From positions 1-10,377 of the forward strand of contig BAAFSQ010000329.1 in NCBI GenBank assembly GCA_054661495.1: a DNA stretch of 10,377 nucleotides, given 5' to 3'. Positions 1 through 9,015 of the stretch are shown piece by piece. The translations under genes were made by a program, and so were the position numbers. Numbering within the stretch: the stretch's first letter is position 1; each line of letters opens with the position of its first letter. The DNA comes from Zygophlyctis sp. KS116 (taxonomy: Eukaryota; Fungi; Chytridiomycota). The notes below the pieces were generated by a model. That model saw only the letters and a list, made by a program, of their open reading frames with translations, had not been told where the DNA came from and ran no database searches.

Positions 1-328
1 GAATTTAATGTATATGTATATTTTCTAGAGTTCCATTTCTGAACTAGTTTCAGCACAGGGAGATTCCTTGAGAAGAGTTGGATTCGATAACTTTGTTCTT
101 TAACATCAGATGCATCTAAACTATTGTCCATATTTACTCCTTGATAAAAAACTTTTAAAGTTTGTTTCCAATCAATGTTTGACATTGTCCATTTCTTATT
201 CAAATATATTTTATCTAATTCAGAAAGTTTGGTCTGATCAAGATATCGCATAAAATGATTTGGGTACCCATTAAGGATTACTTTATTTTTAAAAATGTAT
301 AGTTTTCCAGAGTAATTATTTATCTTGA
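1..328 (-). pseudogene. Detached 3' part of LINE ORF2 (C-terminal domain downstream of RNase H), running off the window edge
   Basis: The reverse complement is stop-free and reads KINNYSGKLYIFKNKVILNGYPNHFMRYLDQ...NIDWKQTLKV...RIQLFSRNLPVLKLVQKWNSRKY. It aligns by eye to 10013-10331 with 10 mismatches and one 9-nt gap. In that copy the sequence follows the RNase H end in frame (AAESSKEPFKINNY). Confidence 0.9.
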
Positions 329-588
329 CCATTATTGCAGACATTTTCAACCAACTCACAAATGCTAAGTATTTCAGCGTCCTTGATTATCTACATTCTT
401 TTCATCAATGGAAAATCGACCCTAAAGATCAATACAAAACGACATTTACTTGGAAAAATCAAAGATACATGTTTGTTGGTGCTCCTTTTGGTCTCAAACC
501 ATTAACTGGGTTTATTCAATACACTCAGAATGATATTTTTAAAAAATTCCCGTTCGTTTTGTGTTACGTGGATGATCTTGTTATTTTT
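329..588 (+). pseudogene. Gypsy reverse transcriptase fragment
   Basis: Motifs IADIFNQL, AKYFSVLD, FHQW, KTTF, PFGL and YVDD (565-576). RT similarity stops right after YVDDLVIF; the rest of ORF 325..810 is out-of-frame read-through. Confidence 0.92.
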
Positions 589-1185
589 AAGAAATTATTC
601 TGCCACAAAGAGAGAAATCATCTTCGCCTTGAAAAAGTTCCATTATTATCTGTTTTTGAATCCCTTTACACTCTACACAGATCACGAAGCGTTAACTTAC
701 ATATTTCTCCAGAAACACACGAATGCAATGATTTTAGGATGGCTAGAAACTTTGCTCTCCTATACTTTCACTATAAAACACTTGCCAGGTATCCAGAACC
801 TACTTCCTGATCATCTGTCAAGAATATGCGCCACCGCAACCGTATCTCCAACCGACAGTTTCCATACAAGCCAAGCCGTCACTCAAACTAGCCCCCTTAC
901 GCTCATAGACCCCGTCACTGCAATCTCCCCAGCTCCCTCACAGCAACAACTCTTACTAGATCATGCCCATCGCGCTGGTAACTTTGGCACATCAGCGTTA
1001 ATCAACAAAATGAAATCACTTGGCTATAAACGGCCCAACTTGGCGAAAGCATGTTCTCAAGTCGTCAGTAACTGTGCTCAATGTCAACGATATAACATTC
1101 AGAAAGTCGGTTATCATCCGCTAAATCCTATTCATGCCAGTTTGCCTTTTGATCATATCGCCATTGATCTGGCAGGTCCTTTTTT
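589..1185 (+). pseudogene. Gypsy RNase H (C-terminal part) and integrase zinc-binding region
   Basis: ORF 530..1207 frame: RNYSATKRE, ALKKFHYYL, FTLYTDHEAL, HLPGIQNLLPDHLSR. Then AHRAGNFG (second His of HHCC appears as Asn), CAQC and PFDHIAIDLAGPF. There is a frameshift at the T-run near 1180-1185. Confidence 0.9.
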
Positions 1186-1905
1186 CCACCTCTCAAACTG
1201 GTTTTAACTATGTATTAGTGCATGTCGACTTACTCACTCGCTTCATAATCTTACGACCCTTACTATCTAAATTAGCCTTGGAAGTTGCTCAAACGCTTTT
1301 TCAAATTTGGACTACCTTTGGTTTCCCTAAGATTGTTCAATCGGACAATGGAGGAGAATTCGTAAACTCCATTCTTAAAGAATTAACTACCACCCTTGCA
1401 ATTGATCACCGTTTAACAAGCCCTTATAACCCCAGATCAGAAGGAATAGGCGAGTCAGCTGTCAAAATCTTCAAGCATGTACTCGTTAAGCTCATCTTTT
1501 CTGATTACTCCAAATGGGAACAATCCTTACCAACAATTCAGTACTATGTTAATATAAAAGTAAGAGCCGTTCATGGTTCTACAGCATTCTCAGTTATGTT
1601 TTCTCGTAACTAAAATCCTTTCCAAGACTATTCTCAAGCTCAGGCTCATCCTTAGTCACCGTCTGCCTTGATGCAACGCCTAAAAGCAGTGCAGTCTATA
1701 GTTTTCCCGTCTATTCTATGACCCTTTTTTCAACGGTTCGTTTGTAATGCGGATGGACAAAACAAGAACAAGCGCTCTACAACCTCGGTTTGAAGGTCCA
1801 TTTAAGATCCTAAAAAGGACTACTGGGGGTTCATATGTGTTACAAGATTCTACTGGAGCTTTAGTTTCTAGAAAGTCACCTCCTGATCACCTCAAGTTGA
1901 TTAAA
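1186..1905 (+). pseudogene. Gypsy integrase catalytic core and C-terminal GPY/F (SH3-like) domain, disrupted
   Basis: YVLVHVDLLTRF, FGFPKIVQSDNGGEF, TSPYNPRSEGIGE. In-frame stops at 1611-1613 and 1653-1655, and an apparent deletion near 1718. Then LQPRFEGPFKI...GGSYVLQDSTG...PPDHLKLI. Confidence 0.9.
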
Positions 1906-3030
1906 ACCACATCACTCCCCCAATCAGCATCTGCAAACCCCTTCAAAGTCAAAGCTTGAGTACCACCTAAAAGAACACCATGATCTATCGTCCCTTTGAG
2001 ATAGCGTAGGATATGCTTCACTGCACTCCAATGAGACTGACCAGGATTTTCCATATACCTACAAACTTGACCAACAGCATTCGCAATATCTGGTCGAGAG
2101 CCTGAAACTAGATATAATAAGCTTCCAACGGTTTGACGATATGGTACAGAATCCATTTTTCGAATATCTTCAGCTGACTTCGGTGACATAGCATGAGAAA
2201 GTTTAACTGAAGAGTTCATAGGGGTGGACATAGACACACCATCCACCATCGACGTTCGTTGTAACAAGGTCTGAATATAACGATTTTGAAAAAACGAATG
2301 GTGCGAGCTACTGGATCATGTAAGAATTCTAAACCCAGATAATGTCTTAGGGGACCCAGATCTTTAACAGGTAACAGATTGGAAATATCCAACTTGAGTG
2401 ATGACATAAGATCAGTTCCAGTGATAGCTATAGCAAGATCGTCTACATATAGAGTAATATATGCAAGAGCACCCTTATACATACCCGTATATAAGCATGG
2501 GTCTTTTCGGTTCGACTTAAACCCAAGAGAAGACAAAATACCATGTGCCTTAGCATACCAAGCACGAGGAGCCTGTTTCAAACCGTACAGTGCTTTCTTG
2601 AGTTGGACAATTGTGCCAGATAAGGCCTCAAAACCGTCTGGTAATCACAAATAAACCTCTTCTTCTAACGGTGCCAAAAGAAAAGCTGAGTCCACATCCA
2701 TATTGTGTATTTCCATTCCTGAAGATGCTGCAGTTGATAACCAAATTCCAAGACTCACAAATTTGGCCACAGGTGCAAAGGTATTGCCACAGTCTACCCC
2801 ATCTATCTGAGTATAACCTTGTGCAACAAGTCTACCCTTTTCCATTATCGAACCATCCGCTAATACCTTTTCAGTAAACACCCAGCGGTATCCAATAGCT
2901 TTTCGGCCAACAGGAAGAGAGCAGGGGACAAATACATCATTCTTCTCAAGAGAAGCTATTTCTTTGTTCGCTGCCAGTTGCCATTGTAATGGCTTATCTG
3001 ATGCCATAGCCTGTGAATAATTGTTTGTGA
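1905..3030 (-). pseudogene. Copia reverse transcriptase and first residues of RNase H
   Basis: WQLAANKEIASL, KAIGYRWVF, KGRLVAQGYTQIDGVD, MDVDSAFL, LKKALYGLKQAPRAW, LYVDD (YVDD at 2449-2438), DLGPLRHYLGLE, PYRQTVGSLLYL, SRPDIANAV, HWSAVKHILRYLKGT, GFADADWGSD. TGA at 2645-2647 is in frame with the next ORF; a 1-nt frameshift lies in the A-run near 2290. Confidence 0.95.
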
Positions 3031-4290
3031 TATGATCTGCTGTAGAAGCAGCTAGATAGGATCCAGAATTAAACGAATCTGTAAGTAATGAGATTTGAGT
3101 TATATCAGAGGAACTCGATTTAGGCCGTAAAGGCAAAGTCCAATAACTGTTGACAGCACTTGAATCAAGTGAGACTTCGTAAGAGCAGGTACGACTACTA
3201 ATGGGACCATCAGCCAGAGACGATAAAGGCAGAGCAGGCTCGATATATGTCACACCAGATGAGCCGCTTGTAGAAGATACATCGTCAGGCGCATTAGAAT
3301 TTGTAACTTCATCCACAGGAGATACTTCAGCAACAAACAGTGGCATGTGTGCAACAGGTTTATAATATTTTGGTAATTCAGTAAGTTGTTCATCAGCAGA
3401 GAATTTAACATCAGACGAGAAAATAACCTGAAGAGTATCCTCTCGCAATAATCTGATGCCATTATGGGTGATGAGGCTTGAATCTGAGGCTCCGTATCTA
3501 AGGAAACGACAGCGGATTGCGGGAGGAGAGAGTTTAGTCTTTCGTCGTTCTATAGGATCATGAGCATAACATATGACACCAAATGGTATCAGAGAAGAAA
3601 GATCAACAGGAGGAACTCCCATAAGCAGTTCAGAGGGAGACTTAGCTTGTCTCGGGATGCGATTATATATATAAACAGAGTAATCCATTGCTGCACTATA
3701 AAATTTATCAGGCAACTTAGAAGAGATTAAGACAGTCCGAGCCATATCAAGAATACTTCGATGACTGCGCTCCGCACATGCAGGCTGTTGGTGCTTATAA
3801 GCATCTCCTACTTGATGTATCAAACCTTTCTCTGCAAGAAAATCAGATAAATGTCCTTGAAGCTCCAGCCCTAGATTTGTCCGTAGAACCTTAATTTTTA
3901 ATCCAGTCTGATTTTCTAATAATGCATAAAACGTTTTGAATGATTTAGCGATGTCACCAGAGTTTTTTCCTTTGAGATTTGTCATAACGACATATTTTGT
4001 CGCAACATCAACAAATTTCACATTTCCATTGGAATGAGATACTGAGACTAAAGAGAAAGGTCCTTGATAATCTCCCTCAATGACATAACCGGGCTTCAAT
4101 GCATGATTGTTGATACTGAACCGTGGTATGTTTGTTTTAGTCATTTTACCTAGCCCACATGCTTGACACAATGTCTTAGGCCTAGTGCCTTCTATTTTAA
4201 AATTAAATAATTTTGCCAGTCTTGGCAAGTCATCAAAATGACGATGACCAAATATTTCATGAGCTGTTTGCCAGGATTTTGTTAAAACAC
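3031..4290 (-). pseudogene. Copia integrase and IN-RT linker
   Basis: The frame upstream of ORF 2645..4228 reads WQTAHEIFGH...CQAC (HHCC). Then GDYQGPF, FVDVATKY, LRTNLGLE (second catalytic Asp appears as Asn, codon 3877-3875), AERSHRSILDMAR and KLSPPAIRCRF. Confidence 0.92.
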
Positions 4291-5522
4291 TGCGTAGATT
4301 CTGGTGACGGGCTAGTGTTAGGTGTTTTGCGAGATCTTAAATTTACACAATATAACCCATTGATTAAGGTTGAGTCAAGAATGGATTCTGAGTCAAGTTC
4401 TTGGAGGAGATTGGTAAGCTTAGCAGACTTATGAATAGTAACGGACCCAGTGTTACTAAAGACAGTAACATACCCATGCTGAGCCAGTCTACTGACCGAT
4501 AGAAGATTGGGCACTGTCGGAGGACAGAACAAAAGATCGCTGACGTGTACGCCGGAGAGGTTAAGGGAGCCGGTGCCACGCGATTTGATACGCCCATTAG
4601 CAGTATCAATAGAAATTTCATTCCGGCTAATCTGAGTACCCTTCCAGTCATGTCCTGTCATGTGTTGAGTGCAGCCAGAATCAAGATACCAATTTGAGTC
4701 AGAAGAAATAGACGAATAAACTTTTACCACTTTATTCTTACACTTGTAAGAACCTTCTAAGTGATAGAAGAGAAGATTATTGTTCTTACAGGAAGAGCAA
4801 GTAGGGCGCATTTCGGGATGACAGCCATAACATCTGTTCATAGGATATCTTTTCACGGTACCATTTACATTTGTACTATGTTTAGAACATAAATTTGAGG
4901 CAATAAACCCAGACACATTAGAATCCTTAGCTTTATAGAGTCTTATTTCCTGTAGAATTGCATTTTTGGCAGAATCAAAAGTTGTTGACTCATTTCTCAT
5001 AAGAAAGGATCTCGTGGCCATCAAAGTATTGGGCAACTTCGCGTACAATAGAATGAGCGAGAGATCACTGCCAGTAATTCCATCTGAAGTGGCTGAAATA
5101 AAAGAAGTCATTAATTTTGTCAACTGCAATAGATTTTCCTCGGCTTCTGAGCCCAAATCAAAACTGAAATTAACAATTTCTTGCAATAATTAAGTTTTTA
5201 ATAAGATCATATTTGGAGATAATGTCTCATTTAACGCCTTCCACATTGAGATAGAATTAAGAGGCCGTGGGACATTGTCCAGATAGTTATCTTTAACATA
5301 ATATTCAACTGTCAAACTTAGTAATTGTAGAGCAGCACTACTAAGATGAGGAGAATTGGTAGAATCATCCCATTCATCATGATGTTGGAGTAAATCAATC
5401 ATATGATTCTTCCAACGCGTAAAGTTCGATTGACCATTCAGTTTTACAAAGTCTGAAGGTATAAGCAAATTTTTAGCCTTATTAGGCACAGTAGGCACAG
5501 TATTATTTTGTTCAGTAGTCAT
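4291..5522 (-). pseudogene. Copia gag and aspartic protease
   Basis: ATG at 5522 and KLNGQSNFTRW (copia gag N-terminal motif). An in-frame TAA at 5192-5190 joins ORFs 5190..5540 and 4257..5186. Then a Cys/His-rich nucleocapsid region, protease WYLDSGCTQHM, NLLSVSRL and NGLY. Confidence 0.9.
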
Positions 5523-5554
5523 AACGTAAACAGAAAACAAAAAGAGGCTGATAA

Positions 5555-5583
5555 AGTTGTTTAGAGGCTTGGTGCTGATAACG
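5555..5583 (-). promoter_or_regulatory. Primer-binding site complementary to the 5' half (D-arm to anticodon stem) of tRNA-Ile
   Basis: The - strand directly after the LTR reads CGTTATCAGCACC (5583-5571). The + strand AGTTGTTTAGAGGCTTGGTGCTGATAACG resembles eukaryotic tRNA-Ile(AAU) AGTTGGTTAGAGCGTGGTGCTAATAACG (recalled from memory). Confidence 0.75.
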
Positions 5584-5697
5584 TATTATAAAAGTACTCA
5601 AATACAACTAGGAAATATAAGAATATATTTTGCCTTACCTAGGAAATATAAGAATATATTTTGCCTAGGGCGCGTAAGCGCGTTTAACTTCTCAATA
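5584..5697 (-). repeat. 5' LTR of the copia element (114 bp; ends TATTG...TAATA)
   Basis: Bounded by the LINE breakpoint (5697/5698, fixed by the 9808-10377 copy) and the PBS. It has a 4-bp terminal inverted repeat TATT/AATA. No second LTR is available in the window to confirm. Confidence 0.75.
5608..5666. repeat. Two identical 28-bp direct repeats (period 31) inside the LTR
   Basis: CTAGGAAATATAAGAATATATTTTGCCT at 5608-5635 and 5639-5666. Confidence 0.97.
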
Positions 5698-7210
5698 TTG
5701 AGGATTCCGCTGCTCTTTTGGCTAGATCATCAGCTATATCATTGTTAACAAGGTTAGTATGTGCTGCAACTTTTACAAATGTAGGAGTGTTTGTAAATTG
5801 ATGCATAAGTATTTTAATATGTTCTAGTAGATGTAGATTTTTATATTTTAATTCTGATCTTGTATTATTGTTCATTAAAATATTCCTACATCCGTCAATA
5901 GCGCATTGGGAATCTGTATATATCTTAAGTTTTTGATTTATGTTACATATTTCTAGAGCTCCTAATATAGCTATTAATTCAGCTTTTGTTGAAGATGGGT
6001 TATGATTATCGATTTTAATCATGATTTCCTTCAAATTTTTCCCTTTATTGTCCAATATTAATATTCCTGCGCCCATTTTTTTATTTTCTTGTTTTAAACT
6101 TCCATCTGTCCACAATTCAATTTCTTTAATGTTTTCTGGGATTTTATATTCTTCTCTAGTGGTAGTGGAGTTAATCTTTGCTCGAAACTCAAATTCTTGT
6201 GAAAGATCATAATTAAAATTTAAGCCTGCCATTTTGTGCATTATATATAGGTACCATGTGGGTATTTCATCCCAGTTTTTCTTTTTCAACCATTTATAAT
6301 GAGTGATAAGATCAGCAAAGGACATTAGGAGAGAAGGATTTGAAGGTACTTTTATTTTATCAATATCTATATTAAGTTTGTATAACATTTGTCTTCCTTG
6401 AGTATAGACATCTTTTGGCATTTCTATAAGAATTTGTTTAACCGGATCATACGACAATTGTTTTATACTAATATTAAAGTCATTCAGGATTTTAATAAGA
6501 TATTTTGAGAAATGATTAATACAATTTTTAATTTGTATCGGCTTAACATACAAAGGGAGTGGACATTTTACTTTGTCTTGAAGCTTATCTAAAGATGCAG
6601 AAATAACTTTAGATGTTATATTATTGTTTCTCAAAAATACTGCCATATCTGTGATTATCTGTGAATTTCTATTAAAAATTTTTAAGACATGATTAATAAA
6701 ATTCTCTGGAACTTTTATTCTTTTTAAAGCTTGTTCTATACGAAGAAAAGGAACAGAGTCATATGCTTTCTGAACGTCCAAAGAGGCAATGTTGAGATTT
6801 TTCTTATTAATTTTGGCATCATCAATGATTGTTCTTGTTATGATCAACGGGTCTTTAGTACTCTTATTTTCAGTGAAACCAAAGTTATAACCTTTTAGTA
6901 TATGATGTTCGTTAATGATTCGCGTAATGCGATCAGTTAAAATTTGGCTGAATAGTTTTTTAATTGTATCTATTAATGTTATTGGTCTTGTGTTTGATAG
7001 AAGGCCTTCCCAATCATTTCTTTTTGGAATTAAAATTATTTTTGCCAAAATCATTTCATTGGGCAGGTTGTCCGTTTCTAACATCATATTCAAGATTTTT
7101 AAAATATGATTGATGAATGATTTATTTGTGATTAACTTTAATAGATCATTTTTTATATGTGATGGTCCTGGGGCTTTGTTTTTCCCCATTTCTTTGATTG
7201 CTTTTTCCAT
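5684..7210 (-). pseudogene. 508-aa open frame: N-terminal half of LINE RT fused by in-frame deletion to linker and complete RNase H
   Basis: RT: NKAPGPS, ILIPK, NTRPITL, NFGF, SLDVQKAYDSV, IITD, then no QG..LSP or YxDD. RNase H: WTDGS, SSTKAELIAI, YTDSQ, KVAAH, NDIADDLAK. The last 4 codons and the stop come from the copia LTR. The start is probably not the native one, since ORF2 extends upstream through frameshifts. Confidence 0.85.
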
Positions 7211-8700
7211 TTTTTTAAGTAAAATTTTGTCCGAAATGTTTGCATAGATTGTTTCATTGATCTCATCAACTACTTCTGGAATTGCAGTGATATTTTGGTA
7301 ATTTTGACTATAATTTTTTTTAAAGTATTGTTCTATATGATGGTTATGTCTTCATTAGTTGTTATGACTCTATCTGATATTCGGAGATAAAATGGATCAT
7401 CAAAGGATTGTTTCTTTCAAAATATGTTTATTATATTCCTTTTTTGTTCATTAAAGAATCTTTTCTCTCTACGAACCATAGCTCTTTTCATTTTTTTCTT
7501 GTTTTTTTTTGGATTTTACGTTTAAGATTGTTGATTATAATCTGTATATAATTCTTGATGGTGATACTGTTTATATTTCCAGTACAAAAACTTCCTAGAA
7601 GATCATTAAATTGAAAGTTTTTCAGAATTTTCTTGATTTCATTTTCTTTTTGTTGCAATGTTTTAGTATCTGTTTGTAACTCATATAACTGGTTAAATGT
7701 TCTTTGCATTGCCTGTGATTTCTTTTTAGATTTCTTAATTTCTTTTGTAATGATTTTTCTTTCAAAACTTTTTTTTGCGGCAAGTAGCAAATTCTTGTTT
7801 ATTTCTTGATAAACTTCAAAAATAGTTGATGCTACATTGTTATTTGTTAATAATGTATTAAAAGTTAAGATTTCTTCTTTGGAATTCTTTTTAGTATTGA
7901 ATTTCAGGATTGTGTCTTTAACATTACTTCCAGGTGTAGTACACTGACCCAGATCAACAGAAATATTCACCTCAATATGAATCACTTTATGTGCTTCATC
8001 CTCAAAGACATTAGAATTTACAAAGAATTTAAATAAGTTTTTACTGATAAATGTTATATCAATTCTCGATTGGTTAAGGCCATTTATTGCATTGATTTGA
8101 TGAGTAAAAAATTGATTTTTTCCTGTGATTAACCATCCTATCAATATCTATTAGCTTAAACTTTCTCTTTATATGTATCATTAAGATTGGCTTGTTTATC
8201 ATAGTTTGTCCATTTCCTGATTTGTGATCAATACTTTCATTATATTCATTAAATCTCCCTGTATAATAATTTTGTAATTGGTGTCAGACTCTCCAAGGAC
8301 TTTGTCCAAAAACAATTTTATACTTTTAAAGTTTCTTTTATAATTTATTGGGTTCTTGTTAGGATTGTAAATAGTAATGTATTTTATTTTAGCATTATTC
8401 ACCTCCATTTCTATGCTTAATACATAAGCTGTAAAAAGTTCAATCTTTATAATTTTTTTATAGAACTCTTTTTGAATAATAATGCAATTTCCTGCATTCC
8501 CATTTGTTGTAGATATATTATAAAGGAGTTTGTAATTAGAATCAATTTGTTTGGAGATATATTTATTTTGTCTTTGAGAATTTTAATCTCATTCAGGCTT
8601 AGAAAAAGGGGGGGAAAATTTTCTAATAGAAAATTTATTTTATTAATTTTGTTAGTAATGCCATTTATATTGAAATTTAAAAATTTGTGTGTGTGTCTAG
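5698..8700 (-). mobile_element. Non-LTR (LINE) retrotransposon ORF2 remnant: AP endonuclease - RT - RNase H
   Basis: APE, RT N-terminal and RNase H motifs occur in order on -, in strongly A-rich coding sequence. It is interrupted at 5698 by the copia LTR and continues at 328-1. Confidence 0.92.
7211..8690 (-). pseudogene. LINE AP-endonuclease domain and linker, multiply frameshifted
   Basis: FLNFNINGI (8683-8657), LSLNEIK, ITIYNP, IIIQGD (frameshift just after), FFTH, SRIDITFIS and EAHKVI (position of the SDH motif). A Lys-rich helical linker follows. Confidence 0.85.
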
Positions 8701-8870
8701 TGTAGCGGCGTAGTTTATTTTGGCGGACTAGGTTGTTTAAGCCTTGAATATTCTGGTGGTCAAAGTTCAGGGTAGTGTTTCCATTGATTGTATGTATTAA
8801 TTTATTAGATATTGATCTATAATAAAATCTCTTTGAACAATCTAAGTTGATAGAGATGTGTTGAAATATT
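8697..8870 (-). pseudogene. Probable N-terminus of an AP-endonuclease from a different LINE
   Basis: Reads TLNFDHQNIQGLNNLVRQNKLRRY, an APE motif-I-like sequence, in frame with and 27 codons upstream of the NINGI motif. Confidence 0.5.
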
Positions 8871-9015
8871 CATCCTGAGTAAGAGGGTCTATTGGATGGA
8901 CTAGGTTTATGTTGCTATTGAAGGACTTGGTGATTTAAGTACTGGGTCTATGTCATGGCTCAGGTGGAGCTTATTGGAGTTATCATCTTATAAGAATCTT
9001 ATAGTCTTATACAAG

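Larger units (their letters stand above)
329..1905 (+). mobile_element. Ty3/gypsy LTR-retrotransposon pol fragment (RT - RNase H - integrase order); no gag, protease or LTRs; internally deleted
   Basis: RT motifs are followed by RNase H, then integrase and a GPY/F domain, which is the gypsy order. Both ends are abrupt junctions with other elements; the right boundary is approximate (1900-1910). Confidence 0.93.
1905..5697 (-). mobile_element. Ty1/copia LTR retrotransposon, 5' end intact, 3'-truncated within RNase H (no PPT or 3' LTR)
   Basis: Order LTR-PBS-gag-protease-integrase-RT-RNase H is diagnostic of copia. Disabled by in-frame stops (5190-5192, 2645-2647) and frameshifts (~4290, ~2290). 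The left boundary is approximate. Confidence 0.95.

Noticed and set aside
4213-4300. Programmed frameshift (TTTTAAC plus hairpin TTGCCA-GTCT-TGGCAA at 4213-4228)
   Set aside because: The required shift is +1, the heptamer is not X XXY YYZ, the hairpin is ~55 nt away, and the site lies between PR and IN. A decay indel is more likely.
5190-5192. Programmed stop read-through in gag
   Set aside because: The stop lies in the middle of Gag, not at the gag/pol border, and the element has other disabling mutations.
2379-5193. + strand ORFs 2379..2654, 2611..2877, 4213..4434, 4966..5193 and alternative-frame - ORFs 3250..3462, 4364..4651
   Set aside because: They are shadows of the copia polyprotein, with no recognisable motifs.
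5555-5583. tRNA-Ile gene
   Set aside because: Only the D-loop to anticodon portion is present, with no acceptor stem or T arm. Its position next to the LTR fits a PBS.
5608-5666. CRISPR-like repeat next to reverse transcriptases
   Set aside because: Only two copies separated by 3 nt, no spacers and no cas genes. All RTs are eukaryotic retrotransposon types, not retron, DGR or group II intron RTs.
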